This document shows, one piece after another, positions 15,398-25,800 of a stretch of DNA of 32,000 nucleotides. This DNA is from Promethearchaeum syntrophicum. GTDB lineage: Archaea > Asgardarchaeota > Lokiarchaeia > Sigyniarchaeales > Promethearchaeaceae. The notes beneath the pieces were generated by a model. The model had not been told where the DNA came from. It saw only the letters and a program-made list of their open reading frames with translations, and made no database searches. The stretch lies in contig NZ_CP042905.2 in NCBI RefSeq assembly GCF_008000775.2, positions 3,660,001 to 3,692,000 of the forward strand, written 5' to 3'. A program made the position numbers and the translations under genes. Positions within the stretch are counted from its first letter, which is position 1; each line of letters begins with the position of its first letter.

Positions 15398-18337
15398 CTA
15401 AAGGTGAAGCTGTTTTCTAAAATAGATTTTTAGAATCTCAACACACCCGATAGTTACTATAATAGAAGGAATAACCCAAAGCCAATCTACTGCATCTAAA
15501 GGAATAACAGAGAAAATATTTCCAAGTCCTCTCCAGAAATACAGTAAAATTGTCAACACAACCGAGATCCCTACAGAGAATAGCATAGGTTTATTCTTAA
15601 AGAAGCCGATTTTAAAGAGAGAATTGTATTCACTACGACAATTGAATGCATTACTCATTTCTGCGACCATCATAACCAAAAAGGTAACAGAACGAGCTTT
15701 CCAAAGAATATATCGATCTAATAAAAGTGCCTCTTCCATATCCTCAACAGGAACTCCACTTTCTAAAAGATGCTGATAAAGTCCAGATTCGCTATCATAT
15801 TTTATTATAAGATTTGTTTTAACACCTTCAGTATCAATTAAATCTTCAAATTCATAAATTAAATCTCTAAAACCATCAGGAACCTCAGTGGGCATGAATC
15901 CTGTAACTCTATCATATAATATATAGATCCCTAAGATTAACGCCGTTAATATCACACCTCGATACAACATTGTTATAATGAAATTTTTCGTTAGAAGCGG
16001 TTCATCTATTGGTCGGGGTTTTTGTTTCATTAATGTTGGATCATAAGGATCGAAACCCAAAGCGACAGCTGGAGCACCATCTGTGACAAGATTAATCCAT
16101 AATAATTGGGTAGCCACTAGAGGAGGTGGTAGGAAGAATGAAGCGATGAATAAAACTAAAACTTCCATTACATTTGAAGAAAGTAGATATTGGATGAATT
16201 TTTTGATATTATCATAAATACCACGACCTTCTTCAACAGCATGAACAATTGTTGCAAAATTATCATCTGCCAAAACCATGACAGCAGCTTCTTTAGAAAC
16301 ATCAGTTCCCGTAATTCCCATAGCCACACCAACATCTGCATTTTTCAATGCGGGAGCATCATTTACACCATCTCCAGTCATTGCAACAACAAATCCTTTA
16401 TTTTGCAGCGCTTTTACAATATTTTGTTTGTGTTCAGGACTAACTCGTGCAAAAACATGACAATCAGAAATATCATCATCTGACATATCCGGAATATCTT
16501 TTCCTTGATGCGTTATTTCGCCTGGATTAACCATACCTAATTCCCGGGCAATTGCAGTAGCTGTAATTAAATTATCCCCTGTAATCATTTTTACTCCGAT
16601 TCCAGCTTGTTTACATTCTTTAATTGCAACTTTTACTTCATCTCTAGGAGGATCTATCATAAATTGCATTCCTATAAAGGTCAAATCCTTCTCCATTTCT
16701 TCAACTTCAACTTTTATTCCTTCAGCATCTCGATAAGCAAATCCTAATCCCCGTAAGGCTTCATCAGCTTTCTGTTCATATGCTTCTAAAATCTGTTTCT
16801 TATCTTCTGCTGTTATAGGTCGATTTTGACCATCAATTTGAATATTGTTACATAAATCCAATAAAATTTCCGTAGCACCCTTAACATATGCAATTTTTTT
16901 ACCTTCAATTTCATGGATTACTGTCATACGTTTACGAGTTGAATCAAAAGGTATCTCGTCTAATCTTGGAAATTTCTTTTGATAAGTCGCATGTTCCATT
17001 CCAGCTTTCCAAGCAGATGTTATTAAACATCCCTCAGTCGGATCACCAAAGGTATTCCATTTCTTTGTCTTTTCGTCTTGATTTAATCTTGCATTATTAC
17101 ATAACAATCCGATTTTTAAAGTTAAATCTAAATCAGGAATAGAAGCAGTTTGAATTTCACTTCCCTCTAATAAGATTTTCCCTTCAGGTGCATATCCAGA
17201 ACCTGTGAAATCATATATTTTACCTCCAGCCCAAGCAGATCTTACTGTCATTTCATTTTTTGTTAAAGTTCCGGTTTTATCAGAACATATGACACTAGTA
17301 CATCCTAATGTTTCTACAGAATGTAATTTTTTAATGATTGCATTTTGTTCTGACATTCGTGTAACTCCAATAGCTAAACACACTGAAACAACAGCAGGTA
17401 AACCTTCAGGAATTGCAGCAACAGCCAAAGCAACACCAGCTAATATGGATTCCATAATTCCAAAGCTAGCACCAAACCATAAGAAGCGAGCAATATAAAC
17501 AAGAGAAACTGCTACACAAATCAATAATATAATCTTTCCTAACCATACTCCAAAATCTTCAAGATTTTTTTGAAGAGGGGTCATTTTATCTTCAGCTTCG
17601 GAAATCATAGTTGCAATTTTTCCAACTTCAGTTTTCATTCCTGTTTCGGTAATGATTGCTTTTCCTCTACCATATGTAGCCAAAGTTGAAGAAAAGACCA
17701 TATTTTTCCTTTCCGCTAATGGACATTCCACATCTTCAATTATATTTGATTGCTTATTTACTGGAACGCTTTCTCCAGTTAAAGCAGCTTCTTCGACTTT
17801 TAGATTAGATTGCTCGATTATTCTGCCATCGGCTGGTAACATATCACCTTCGTGGAGAACTATCAAATCTCCTGGTACTAATTCACGTGCCTTGACTGTA
17901 ATTTCTTTTCCATCGCGTATAACTTGAGATTCCGGTGCAGCAAAATTTTTTAATGCTTCTATTGCTTCGTCCGCTTTACCCTCTTGAATAAATCCAATAA
18001 TTGCGTTTAAAACTACAATTACAGCAATTACGATCCAATCATCACCTAAGGATCCGTATTCAATGAAATTGAAAACAGCTGAGATAATTGCTGAAAAGAT
18101 TAAGATGTAGATTAATACATCCTTAAATTGATCAAGAAAAACTTTCCATCTAGGTCGTTTTTCCTCAGCTTTTAATTCATTAGGTCCGTATTTTTCAAAA
18201 CGAGTTTTTACTTCTGCACTGGATAATCCGCTATTACTTGATGTTGATAAATTTTTCTCAACCTCCTCTTTAGAGAGGGTAAACCAATTAATTTCGGGTT
18301 CAATTGGTATTTCTTCAACAATTTCTTGATTTTCCAT
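15398..18337 (-). CDS. P-type ATPase, P2A (SERCA-like) cation/Ca2+ transporter
   Basis: ORF track, 979 aa. Motifs: TGES, PEGLP (TM4), CSDKTGTLTKN, KGATE, DPPR, MITGDN, MTGDGVNDAPALKNADVGVAMG, and the TM6 signature LLWINLVTDGAPAVALG. Confidence 0.95.
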   Translation of the reverse strand: MENQEIVEEIPIEPEINWFTLSKEEVEKNLSTSSNSGLSSAEVKTRFEKYGPNELKAEEKRPRWKVFLDQFKDVLIYILIFSAIISAVFNFIEYGSLGDDWIVIAVIVVLNAIIGFIQEGKADEAIEALKNFAAPESQVIRDGKEITVKARELVPGDLIVLHEGDMLPADGRIIEQSNLKVEEAALTGESVPVNKQSNIIEDVECPLAERKNMVFSSTLATYGRGKAIITETGMKTEVGKIATMISEAEDKMTPLQKNLEDFGVWLGKIILLICVAVSLVYIARFLWFGASFGIMESILAGVALAVAAIPEGLPAVVSVCLAIGVTRMSEQNAIIKKLHSVETLGCTSVICSDKTGTLTKNEMTVRSAWAGGKIYDFTGSGYAPEGKILLEGSEIQTASIPDLDLTLKIGLLCNNARLNQDEKTKKWNTFGDPTEGCLITSAWKAGMEHATYQKKFPRLDEIPFDSTRKRMTVIHEIEGKKIAYVKGATEILLDLCNNIQIDGQNRPITAEDKKQILEAYEQKADEALRGLGFAYRDAEGIKVEVEEMEKDLTFIGMQFMIDPPRDEVKVAIKECKQAGIGVKMITGDNLITATAIARELGMVNPGEITHQGKDIPDMSDDDISDCHVFARVSPEHKQNIVKALQNKGFVVAMTGDGVNDAPALKNADVGVAMGITGTDVSKEAAVMVLADDNFATIVHAVEEGRGIYDNIKKFIQYLLSSNVMEVLVLFIASFFLPPPLVATQLLWINLVTDGAPAVALGFDPYDPTLMKQKPRPIDEPLLTKNFIITMLYRGVILTALILGIYILYDRVTGFMPTEVPDGFRDLIYEFEDLIDTEGVKTNLIIKYDSESGLYQHLLESGVPVEDMEEALLLDRYILWKARSVTFLVMMVAEMSNAFNCRSEYNSLFKIGFFKNKPMLFSVGISVVLTILLYFWRGLGNIFSVIPLDAVDWLWVIPSIIVTIGCVEILKIYFRKQLHL

Positions 18338-18351
18338 TATTTATTCGCCGT

Positions 18352-18374
18352 AAAAAAGAGTGAATAATTCACTC
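18352..18374 (-). promoter_or_regulatory. 7-bp stem / 3-nt loop hairpin followed directly by T6, 14 nt upstream of the ATPase ATG (terminator- or attenuator-like)
   Basis: Minus strand reads GAGTGAA-TTA-TTCACTC-TTTTTT-acggcgaataaata-ATG. The stem is a perfect inverted repeat spanning 18358-18374. Confidence 0.4.
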
Positions 18375-18420
18375 AATGTTGGGAAAAGAAGATTTTAATA
18401 AATTAAAAAGTTGATTAATT

Positions 18421-19299
18421 CTATTTTGTGAATTGTTTTTCTTCTATAATAAAATTTCCACCCATTTCTTCAACCGAATCATGAAGAATTTGATATAAAT
18501 TATTCATATTTTTAGAAATATTTTCTTTATTTGAAAAGGAAGTTAAATGCAATTCCACAGCATAATCTAGGTGGTTGTTGATCATTCTCTTATGTGGATG
18601 AGTTTTTATCCAAATTTCGGGATATTTATTTTTAATCTCAACTATTTTCTGACCCAATTTGGATTCAGATAAATTATGAAATATAAAACTACGTTCATGA
18701 TATACCCCTTTTTCAGCAGATTTTAGTTCCTTTAATTCAGGAATGATATTATTAGAAAAAATTGACTGTAATTCCGCAGGAACTCCGGGCATACATATTA
18801 TTTTTGACCGCCCATTAGTAAATGAATTATCTATATAAACTCCTGGGGCCGCCCCCTCTTGATTAATTAGAGGCTTGCTCCCCTTTGGAAGATTGGCCAT
18901 TTTTTTTACATTAGGATAATTTTTGACTAAATATTGCTCAATATTGGTAATTTTGTCAAATCTTTTTGGATATCTCTGTTTAAAAGTGAATTGAATCATT
19001 TTAAATGCTTCATCATTATATTCTAGAGAACAAGGAGGATTTAATCCCATGGAAACACCTTCTATTGTCATATCATCATATGTAGGCCCCAAACCACCTG
19101 ATGTGAAGATATATTCCGGTATTCTTCTAATAGAATCTTGAATTGTGGTTTTTATAATTTCTAAATCATCTGGGATAGTGGTTATTCGGGAAATTTTTAT
19201 ACCAAGGTGTAATAACTGCTCAATCATCCATTGACCATTTGTATCACGGATTTTACCGATTAATAACTCGTTTCCGATTAAAATTATTTCACAATCCAT
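18421..19299 (-). CDS. CinA-N/MoCF-biosynthesis (MoaB/MogA-fold) domain protein, COG1058-like
   Basis: ORF track, 292 aa. N-terminus IILIGNELLIGKIRDTNGQW....L..LGI.......IPDD...I.......R..EYIFTSGGLGPTYDD.T is the hallmark of the CinA N-terminal / molybdopterin-binding fold. Confidence 0.75.
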   Translation of the reverse strand: MDCEIILIGNELLIGKIRDTNGQWMIEQLLHLGIKISRITTIPDDLEIIKTTIQDSIRRIPEYIFTSGGLGPTYDDMTIEGVSMGLNPPCSLEYNDEAFKMIQFTFKQRYPKRFDKITNIEQYLVKNYPNVKKMANLPKGSKPLINQEGAAPGVYIDNSFTNGRSKIICMPGVPAELQSIFSNNIIPELKELKSAEKGVYHERSFIFHNLSESKLGQKIVEIKNKYPEIWIKTHPHKRMINNHLDYAVELHLTSFSNKENISKNMNNLYQILHDSVEEMGGNFIIEEKQFTK

Positions 19300-19333
19300 A
19301 ATATAAATAAAAGTCGAATGCCTATTGAAATTG

Positions 19334-19933
19334 ATGACTATTGAAATTGACGATTCTGGAACTGGTGATTTAATCGGATCTGCATTTATTTTATTTTGGA
19401 GACGGGAAACAAATATTCTGATAAAAAAAGAAGTCCCCCTAAAATTATATCAATCGCCTGATTTCAATAATTTGACAAAAGAATACATAAAGAATCTTTT
19501 TATTGAGACTTTTAAAGAGATGGATATTCCAAAAACAGAGGACATCTACTTATGCACTGGAAATTGTTTTGATCTAGCGAGAATTTTTCTAAAAGAAGAA
19601 GAATATAATTATCATGATGCAAAAATTGAGGGATATCTGCAAGATTGTGTTGAACAAACGTACTTAGATCATATCATTGAAGAATATGATGTACCGGCGC
19701 ATCGTGTCTCATTAGAAAGTGGAGCTAAACGGTTTTTTTCATTATTTCATTGGGTTTATCAGGATTTTCCTCGTCGGAAAGCTTTTGTCAAAAGTGGGTT
19801 CCCAAAATGGAAAAGTAAGTGGGAAATCGAAGCAAAGAATAAATGGATGCTTGAGATGGTTAGTAATGAAGAAAAAAGATTATCTGATCCAAAAAGAAAT
19901 TCGTATCGGAAAAAGTGGTCTCACAGAAGATGA
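19334..19933 (+). CDS. hypothetical protein with basic C-terminal tail
   Basis: The ORF track starts at TTG 19325; the ATG at 19334 (MTIEIDDSGTGDLIG...) seems likelier. I recognise no family. The C-terminus is KRNSYRKKWSHRR. The stop overlaps the next ATG (ATGA). Confidence 0.5.
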   Translation: MTIEIDDSGTGDLIGSAFILFWRRETNILIKKEVPLKLYQSPDFNNLTKEYIKNLFIETFKEMDIPKTEDIYLCTGNCFDLARIFLKEEEYNYHDAKIEGYLQDCVEQTYLDHIIEEYDVPAHRVSLESGAKRFFSLFHWVYQDFPRRKAFVKSGFPKWKSKWEIEAKNKWMLEMVSNEEKRLSDPKRNSYRKKWSHRR

Positions 19934-20478
19934 GTGAATATCAAAATCTTAAACCTATTTACGCAAGTTCAGCAATGAGAATTTCCAAGATAGGCACAAA
20001 ATTGAAATTTTCTAATATGATTACATATGATTATTTCGATATTGAAAAAGATAATATCTGGAAAAACTATAAAGAATTTTTAAAAAAACCCTCTAATTAT
20101 GAATCTGAACTCCAACTTTACTGGAGTAATCTTCAATCGATTTTAGATGACGAAATTAATAAAATTAATGAAGAAGAAGTGTTTCTCAAAATAATTCATT
20201 GTACAATTCAATTCCGAGATATTTGCCATCCTTATGTGCAATGGATAATTGAATTTGAAGGAAATTCTGTTGAGGGTCAAAATATTTATGAAAACTATGT
20301 AGATGATGAAATCTTGGAATATCCGATTTATTCTTTGTATGTTTTCGAAAAACCATTAGCTGTAACGAAAATATTTACTTCCTTACAGTATAATTTAAGT
20401 GGATCAAACAGGATAATAGAATACTTTGGTGAACCAAATAATAAATTGGATGGCTATGAAGCAATTTTTTTCCAATAA
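19930..20478 (+). CDS. hypothetical protein, translationally coupled to 19334..19933
   Basis: The ORF track starts at GTG 19915. The ATG at 19930 overlaps the upstream TGA by 4 nt (ATGA), which is a classic coupling arrangement. I recognise no motifs. Confidence 0.45.
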   Translation: MSEYQNLKPIYASSAMRISKIGTKLKFSNMITYDYFDIEKDNIWKNYKEFLKKPSNYESELQLYWSNLQSILDDEINKINEEEVFLKIIHCTIQFRDICHPYVQWIIEFEGNSVEGQNIYENYVDDEILEYPIYSLYVFEKPLAVTKIFTSLQYNLSGSNRIIEYFGEPNNKLDGYEAIFFQ

Positions 20479-20502
20479 TTCTACCTTAATTCTATTTTAA
20501 AC

Positions 20503-21381
20503 TTAAAAAACAATTTCTTCTGTATCTTCTTTATTATCTTGATCTTTAGATTTCTTTGAGAATATAGGTAAATAAATTGAAAAGCGGGCATATTCATTTT
20601 CTTTGGAATCAAACTCTATAAATCCATTATGATCTTCTAAGATAACTTGACTAAAAGCCAAACCTAAACCCAATCCTTTATTTTTTTCCATTTCATCAGA
20701 ATAATCTTCTTTTGATTTTTTGGTGGTAAAAAATGGTTCGAAAATGTGAACCTTATCTTTCTCAGGGATACCTATTCCATCATCATAGATTTCTACGACA
20801 GCATAGTCAACACTATCTTTACCTTTTCCAATTGTCTTATTTTTAAAAGAAACTTCAATAAATTTCTTTTTTCTTGGCGTTTTCTTAGTGCCATATTTTT
20901 TATATAAAGAAGATAGAGAATTATCTAAAAGATTAACAAATACTTGTTGAATTTGATCAATTTTTATCAAGCTTTTCGTCTGAACCGCTTCAGCATTAAT
21001 TTTTACTTGAACTTGGTTTTTTACAAAAAGATGGTGCATGAAATTAACGACATTGAGTAATACTTTTTCCAGTTCATTTTCTTGATAGTTTTTAGAGCTG
21101 GATCTTGAAAAATCTTGGAGACTTTTAGTAATATTAGAAACTCTTTTACATTCTTTTATGATCTCATTCAAATTTTCATAATTTTCTGAGGATGGAGCAC
21201 AAAGGACTTTTCCTTCATTATCTATATCGTCTAATATTAAAGCCACCAAATTCTGAATTATCATAATAGGATTGTTAATTTCGTGCGCAATCGAAGAAGC
21301 CATTTTCCCTAGAATGATAAATTTTTCAGAATCAATCATCTTCTGAAAGTAATCGATATCCTCTTTTTTAGTAGATCCCAT
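20503..21381 (-). CDS. soluble sensor histidine kinase core (HisKA + HATPase_c), no TM or recognisable sensor domain
   Basis: ORF track, 292 aa. H-box SSIAHEINNP, N-box NLLDNSLSS, G1 DDGIGIP, G2 GLGLGLAFS. Confidence 0.85.
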   Translation of the reverse strand: MGSTKKEDIDYFQKMIDSEKFIILGKMASSIAHEINNPIMIIQNLVALILDDIDNEGKVLCAPSSENYENLNEIIKECKRVSNITKSLQDFSRSSSKNYQENELEKVLLNVVNFMHHLFVKNQVQVKINAEAVQTKSLIKIDQIQQVFVNLLDNSLSSLYKKYGTKKTPRKKKFIEVSFKNKTIGKGKDSVDYAVVEIYDDGIGIPEKDKVHIFEPFFTTKKSKEDYSDEMEKNKGLGLGLAFSQVILEDHNGFIEFDSKENEYARFSIYLPIFSKKSKDQDNKEDTEEIVF

Positions 21382-21480
21382 AAACTATATATTCTAATCA
21401 ATACTGGATTTTAAATTTGATACAATCCAAAGTAGGAAAAATAGAAATGAAAAAAACGAAAAAATTTTTGAAAAATTCAT

Positions 21481-22722
21481 TTAAAGTCTTTCGAGAACCG
21501 TTGCCATGGATACTCCACCTCCTCCGCAGAGAGTGGCTAATCCCTTATTCAATTTTTTGTGAATTAATTCATATAGTAAAGTTACCATTATTCTTGCTCC
21601 TGTACATCCAACTGGATGGCCTAATCCGATTCCCGATCCATGAACATTTGTGATATCCCGATTTAAACCAAGACCCTTTTCAACTGCTAAGTATTGACTT
21701 GCAAAAGCTTCATTTAATTCTATGCGTTCAAAATCCCCCATTTTCATGCCTGTTCGTTTAAGAAGATCTTTTACTGCGGGTATAGGACTTTCTCCCATAT
21801 AATAAGGTTCACATGCACCCATTCCCATTCCAGTTATTTTTGCTAATGGTTTTATGCCAAGTGCATCAGCTTTTTCTGCAGACATGATAATCATAGCTGC
21901 TGCCCCATCATTTATTCCCGAACTATTTCCTGCGGTAACTGTTCCAACTTTTGGTATAAAAGCAGGTCGAAGAGATGCTAATTTCTCCATTGTTAAGCCA
22001 GGTCTAAAATGTTCATCTTTATCAAAAACAAATTCCTTTTTTCGGGTTTGAATGTGAACCGGAACGATTTCATCACTAAATAATCCTTCAACATTTGCTC
22101 GTTCAGCTTGGTTATGAGATTTTAAAGCTACCTCATCTTGTTGTTCACGAGTAAATCCATGTTTCTGAGCTAAAAATTCTGCAGTCACCCCCATAATATA
22201 AGGTTTACCACGGTAGTAATCATCTTTAAAATCGCCTGTTCCATCTTTCGGAAAAGGAACGAAATGACTACCACCATGTAAACCGTGGAGTAACCCATCT
22301 TTTAAAGTTACATCTTTTAGTCGTCCGCCCCATCTTGTTTCTTCATTAATGTAGGGGACATTTGACATAGATTCAACGCCTCCTGCTAAGACTATATCAG
22401 AAAATCCTGCCTGAATTTGCCACATTCCTGATAAAACTGATTCCATTGCACTAATACATACTCGATTGATCGATACAGCGGGGACGGAAAACGGAATTTC
22501 TGCTAACATGGAACTAACTCGAGCAATATTTAACGAATCAATTGGTTCAAAACAATTACCAAACCTAACATCTTGGATCAATTTCGGATCGATATTTGCC
22601 CTTTTAATTGCTTCTTTCATTACGATCGCACCTAAATTGGGGGCTTTTATCGTTTTTAAAGATCCTCCGAAAGCACCAATTGCCGTACGACATGCACTAA
22701 CAATTACAACATCTTTTACCAT
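21481..22722 (-). CDS. acetyl-CoA C-acetyltransferase (thiolase II type)
   Basis: The ORF track gives 444 aa, but conserved thiolase sequence begins at MVKDVVIVSACRTAIG (ATG 22722). Motifs: NRVCISAMES (acyl-Cys), GNSSGINDGAAA, NEAFASQ, GHPVGCTGAR, CGGGG. The upstream 31 codons are low-complexity and probably not translated. Confidence 0.9.
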   Translation of the reverse strand: MVKDVVIVSACRTAIGAFGGSLKTIKAPNLGAIVMKEAIKRANIDPKLIQDVRFGNCFEPIDSLNIARVSSMLAEIPFSVPAVSINRVCISAMESVLSGMWQIQAGFSDIVLAGGVESMSNVPYINEETRWGGRLKDVTLKDGLLHGLHGGSHFVPFPKDGTGDFKDDYYRGKPYIMGVTAEFLAQKHGFTREQQDEVALKSHNQAERANVEGLFSDEIVPVHIQTRKKEFVFDKDEHFRPGLTMEKLASLRPAFIPKVGTVTAGNSSGINDGAAAMIIMSAEKADALGIKPLAKITGMGMGACEPYYMGESPIPAVKDLLKRTGMKMGDFERIELNEAFASQYLAVEKGLGLNRDITNVHGSGIGLGHPVGCTGARIMVTLLYELIHKKLNKGLATLCGGGGVSMATVLERL

Positions 22723-22884
22723 TTTTTCACACTTTTTATATTTTAATAAGAAATTTTTATAGATATTTGAAGATATATTTTTGCTTATTTTAAAGAATAT
22801 AAACCTTTTTTTCAAAATAACATAGAAATGTTATTAATGCAAAATGTTAGAAATTATATAAGTAATAAGGAACTGAGATAGTCA

Positions 22885-25800
22885 ATGCCCGAAACTAAAA
22901 AAAAAATTAGCAAGAAAAAGAAATTACCAAGTTCTAAATCTAAAAATTTTGGTGGTTTGGATAGTTTTATTAGCGGGAAACAAAAAAAGACTGCAAAAAA
23001 AACAAAAACATCCAGTTTGAAAAAAACCAAGAAAAAAATTCCAATAAAAGAAGAAAAAGAAAAAAAAAACGAGAGTAGAAATAAAATTAGTGAGAAACGA
23101 GATGTAAATTTTAAAGGATCTTTAACTCCATCAAAGAAAACAAAAAAAAAAACCAAACCAATTGAAAAAAAACAAGAATTAGATAAGGGAAATTTAGAAT
23201 CTGAGAAAATTGATAAGGAAAATGGAAAATCATTAGAGAAGAAGTATTTTCAAAAAAATTCTGATCCGATAGGGGATGCACAATTCACATTTCTTAAAAG
23301 AGAAAGCCGAGAGCAACAAAAATCTTGGCACTTGCGATTTTTATCTAAAGAAAAAGATATTATTCAAGATATGGAAAAGGGAATTCTATTAACCGTTGAT
23401 TATGATGGCGGTTTTAATAAAGCATTTGCTAAATTTTTTGACCTTTCTGACAATTCTATTAAAATTTGGATTGATACTACCAATCACGAACCATATTGCT
23501 ATCATACGGATGAAAAAGCAGATATTGAAAACGCTCTCTCAGGTTTTGAAGGATTTACAAAAATTGAAGAAGTCAAAAAATTCGATCTGTTGGAAGATAA
23601 ATTAATTGATATACGGAAAATTTACGGAATCACACCAACCGACATAGGAGGTGCCAAGGGGATTAGAGAAGAGTTAGGTGGAGCATGGGAAGCAAGAATT
23701 CGTTACCATCATAATTTCATTTATGATAGAAATCTAATACCTGGAATGTTATATAAAATTGATAAAGGGAAAATTATTCCAATAAACCCTCAAATTGATG
23801 AAAAAATCGAATTAGAATTGCTTAAAGTATTCCAAAATGCTCCAACTGAGATGAAAGAAATGGCTAAACTTTATCAACCAATTTTTTCTTCTCCAACACC
23901 CTCACTATTGCGAATGGCATATGATATCGAGGTTGAGGAATCACCAGATGGGGGTTTACCAAATCCAATGTTAGCAAGAGAAAAGGTGATAAGCATTTCT
24001 TTTGCTGCGACCGATGGTTTGAAAAAAGTTTATTGTCTTGATCGAGATGATCTAAAACCCGGAACTATTCCTGAAAATTTTCCTAAAAATGCAGAATATT
24101 TCTTCTTTAAGAATGAAAGAGAGTTAATCAAAGAATCTTTTCGCTTATTTTGGAAATATCCGATAATCATTACTTTTAATGGTGATAATTTTGATAACAC
24201 ATATTTATTCCATCGCGCACGGAAATTAAAAATAAAGGATGAAGAAAATCCAATCTATTTAAGCCGAGGAGGTGGTATGGTTACTCATAATACAGATTTT
24301 AAACATGCCATTCATATTGACATTTTCCAGTTTTTTGCAAATAGAAGTATTAAAGGATACGCATTTGGAGGTGCATATGTACGAAATTCTTTGGAAGAAG
24401 TCTCCAGTAGTCTTTTAGGATCAGGTAAAATAAAACACGAGGGAATCATGATTGGAGAAATGACCCTTGCAAATTTAATTCACTATAATTTAGTTGACTC
24501 TATTCGAACCTTGGAATTAACTACGTTTAACAATGGGTTAGTATGGAATCTGATCTTTGTTTTAATGAGAATAACTAAATTACCACTTCAAGACATTTTT
24601 CGCTTGCAAATTTCTGCTTGGATAAGATCTCTACTTTATTATGAACATCGTCGAAAGAATTATTTAATCCCTCGAATGAGTGATCTTGAACAAAGAGGAC
24701 ATTTTAGTCGAACAAATACATCTAAATTTCAAGGGGCATATGTTATCGATCCAATTCCAGGCATTCATTTTAAAGTCGCGGTTTTAGATTTTTCAAGCTT
24801 ATATCCTTCTGTTATCAAAACCCGAAATTTATCATATGAGACGGTTAATTGTATTCATCCCACTTGTGAGGATAATATGCTTGAAAACACATCATATTGG
24901 GCATGTACAAAAAAAATTGGGATTTTTGCATATGTTGTTGGTTATTTACGAGATATTCGTGTTAAATGGTATAAACCAATGTCAAGCGATAAATCTTTAT
25001 CTGTTCAGAAACGAGAAGCTGCAAAAGTAATGACAAGTGCTTTAAAGGTGTTCATTAATGGTTGTCTTCCTTATGATGAAGAAGTCATTATTCGAAATAA
25101 GAAAAATCAAATTTTAAGAAAAAAAATTGGTGATTTATCTGAAATATGGCATGATATTGAAATATTATCTATTATTAATGAGAAAAGCAAATTTGGAAAG
25201 AAAATATTTGTTCCAATTAAGGATTTCACGAAAAAGACCGCAAATTCTATTCTTGAAATTACTTTATCTGATGGAAGGAATATAAGATGTACTCCAGAGC
25301 ACATTATACCCAAAGTCGATTATGAACAAAATTTCGCTGAAATTGAAGCAGATAAATTAAAAATTGGAGATAATATATTAGTCCATCATCGAAATCCCCT
25401 TAACGAAGAGCAGAATAATTCAATTTTCATACCTGATATTATAGAAAATGAGGAGTTATGGATTGGACTAGAAAGAGAAGAATATAAAAAACATACGTAT
25501 AGAAAAAATCAAAACACCGAAAATAAAATCATTTCAATAATAAATTCTAAATTCAAATATTCAAAAGTTAGCAAGAAATACAAGTTTCCTTGGAAAAAAT
25601 TAACTTTGGATGAAAAAGAGAGCATTAAAGAAGCAAGTGAAAAAAAATATATTCCTTTTTTAATCAAATATGGAGAAGAAGCAGGAAAATGGAATAACAT
25701 TATTTTCGATCTACAACCGGAATTTTTTGAATTATTGGGTTGGTATATTGCTGAAGGAAATTCAGATAAAAATAGAATAGTTATCACTCAATCAAAAAAA

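Noticed and set aside
16190-17927. Five plus-strand ORFs (60-97 aa) inside the P-type ATPase gene
   Set aside because: They are antisense shadows of a gene with a complete, ordered P-type ATPase motif set.
19719-19937. 72-aa alternative-frame ORF overlapping the end of 19334..19933
   Set aside because: It is fully nested in another frame of a longer ORF and has no independent support.
21417-21653. 78-aa plus-strand ORF overlapping the thiolase 3' end
   Set aside because: It is antisense to conserved thiolase C-terminal motifs (GHPVGCTGAR, CGGGG).
22723-22815. 31-codon N-terminal extension of the thiolase ORF (MKKRFIFFKISKNISSNIYKNFLLKYKKCEK)
   Set aside because: Thiolases begin at the MxxVVIVSAxRT strand. 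The extension is low-complexity AT-rich sequence that is probably the 5' UTR or promoter.
22854-23156. 100-aa Phe-rich minus-strand ORF
   Set aside because: It is the antisense image of the poly-Lys (AAA/AAG) PolB extension, an artefact of its composition.
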